A model generated the notes under the pieces. That model had not been told where the DNA came from and did no database searches. It saw nothing but the letters and a program-made list of their open reading frames with translations. From positions 30,001 to 62,000 of the forward strand of contig BAAFSQ010000015.1 in the NCBI GenBank assembly GCA_054661495.1: a stretch of DNA of 32,000 bases, written 5' to 3'. The translations under genes and the position numbers were made by a program. Source of the stretch: Zygophlyctis sp. KS116 (taxonomy: Eukaryota; Fungi; Chytridiomycota). Numbering within the stretch: the first letter of the stretch is position 1; each line of letters starts with the position of its first letter. Below, in pieces: positions 31,204-32,000 of this stretch.

Positions 31204-32000
31204 TTATAGCTTGGCTTTAGGTGGAATAGTTGCCTGAAATACGACACGCATTTCCTCCACGGCACTGTGGATATGTGACTCCATCACATCATTTTGCAAA
31301 TGCAAAGATGTTAAATTGAAATGCAAGCAATCATTTTTAACCATATATGCTACCCCATATCCATCAGGAACGACTTCCCCCCATCCATAAGCATCGTAAT
31401 ATTCAGAACTAATCTGAGAGGTAGATAAATTCCAATGACATGATCGTGCGAATGCTGGGTCAGTAAAAATAGCGGGCTTAGCTTCTGTATTCTTCAACGA
31501 AAGACGCAATCCTTTTAATCAAATCCAGCAAAATATACCTAATAGATGCCTATCAACTCCTTGACCATTTACTGCTTTTGCCATATATGAAGACTGCGCG
31601 GCAATAGCCTTTCTACCCAAAAGCCCTTTGTCTTGAATCTATTGGTAAGAGATGGGGAGATTTACCGATATGAGAGGATTTTCCATAGCTTTAACCCAAG
31701 CAACAGATTCATTTGATACCGATCGACAAGTTTCTGTTCTCCCCCAACGATATTTCTTTGTTTGAGCAGATTCATAAGTCGCTCTACAAACACCATATAG
31801 CTTGAAGTATGCCAGCTGGATCACCATCTGTGCAAATGCGTCTGGAGAAACTCCAAACTTTTTGATCATATTTTTACCATATTGAGGACAGTAAACAGCC
31901 CTTAAATCTTGAGTTTTAATCAGACCATCAAATGCTTTTTCTGCGGTCGTAATAGCTTCTAGCAAAGGCGCTTGTAGATCAAATTCAAGTTTGGCAGGAG
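31204..32000 (-). CDS. CAT2: Carnitine O-acetyltransferase, 3' part, ending in peroxisomal PTS1 (AKL)
   Basis: SPDAFAQMVIQLAY, TYESAQT...GRTETCRS, GQGVDRHLLGL, WNLSTSQ, GWGEVVPDGYGVAY. Introns 31639-31665 and 31512-31538. Confidence 0.93.

Noticed and set aside
1-32000. Many broken ORFs as pseudogenes, frameshifting or stop-codon reassignment
   Set aside because: Almost every break is bridged by a 24-35 nt GT-AG segment, and TAA, TAG and TGA all end genes normally.

Overview
AT-rich, extremely gene-dense eukaryotic nuclear DNA. The gene repertoire (RSC1/2, Mix17, Thp3, plus animal-like Spindly, DNAJC11, LRRC42 and full-length ZGRF1) points to an early-diverging, probably chytrid-grade, fungus; this placement is inference. 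I can model about 23 protein-coding genes, one atypical tRNA-Pro(CGG) and one decayed 5' gene duplicate. The ORF track is fragmented because the genes carry about 58 ultrashort GT-AG introns (24-35 nt, mode 26). Many intergenic gaps are only 13-43 nt, and three gene pairs overlap. The best leads are: (1) the tiny-intron, operon-like genome architecture; (2) a 425-nt structured intergenic region (22687-23111) with a TAACCCTAA motif beside a stem, a speculative telomerase-RNA or other ncRNA candidate; (3) a second structured gap before the tRNA; (4) a clear Spindly orthologue; (5) a Sec14-GOLD-FFAT gene that overlaps, or may be spliced to, HEM4. All splice models were read by eye and have no transcript support.
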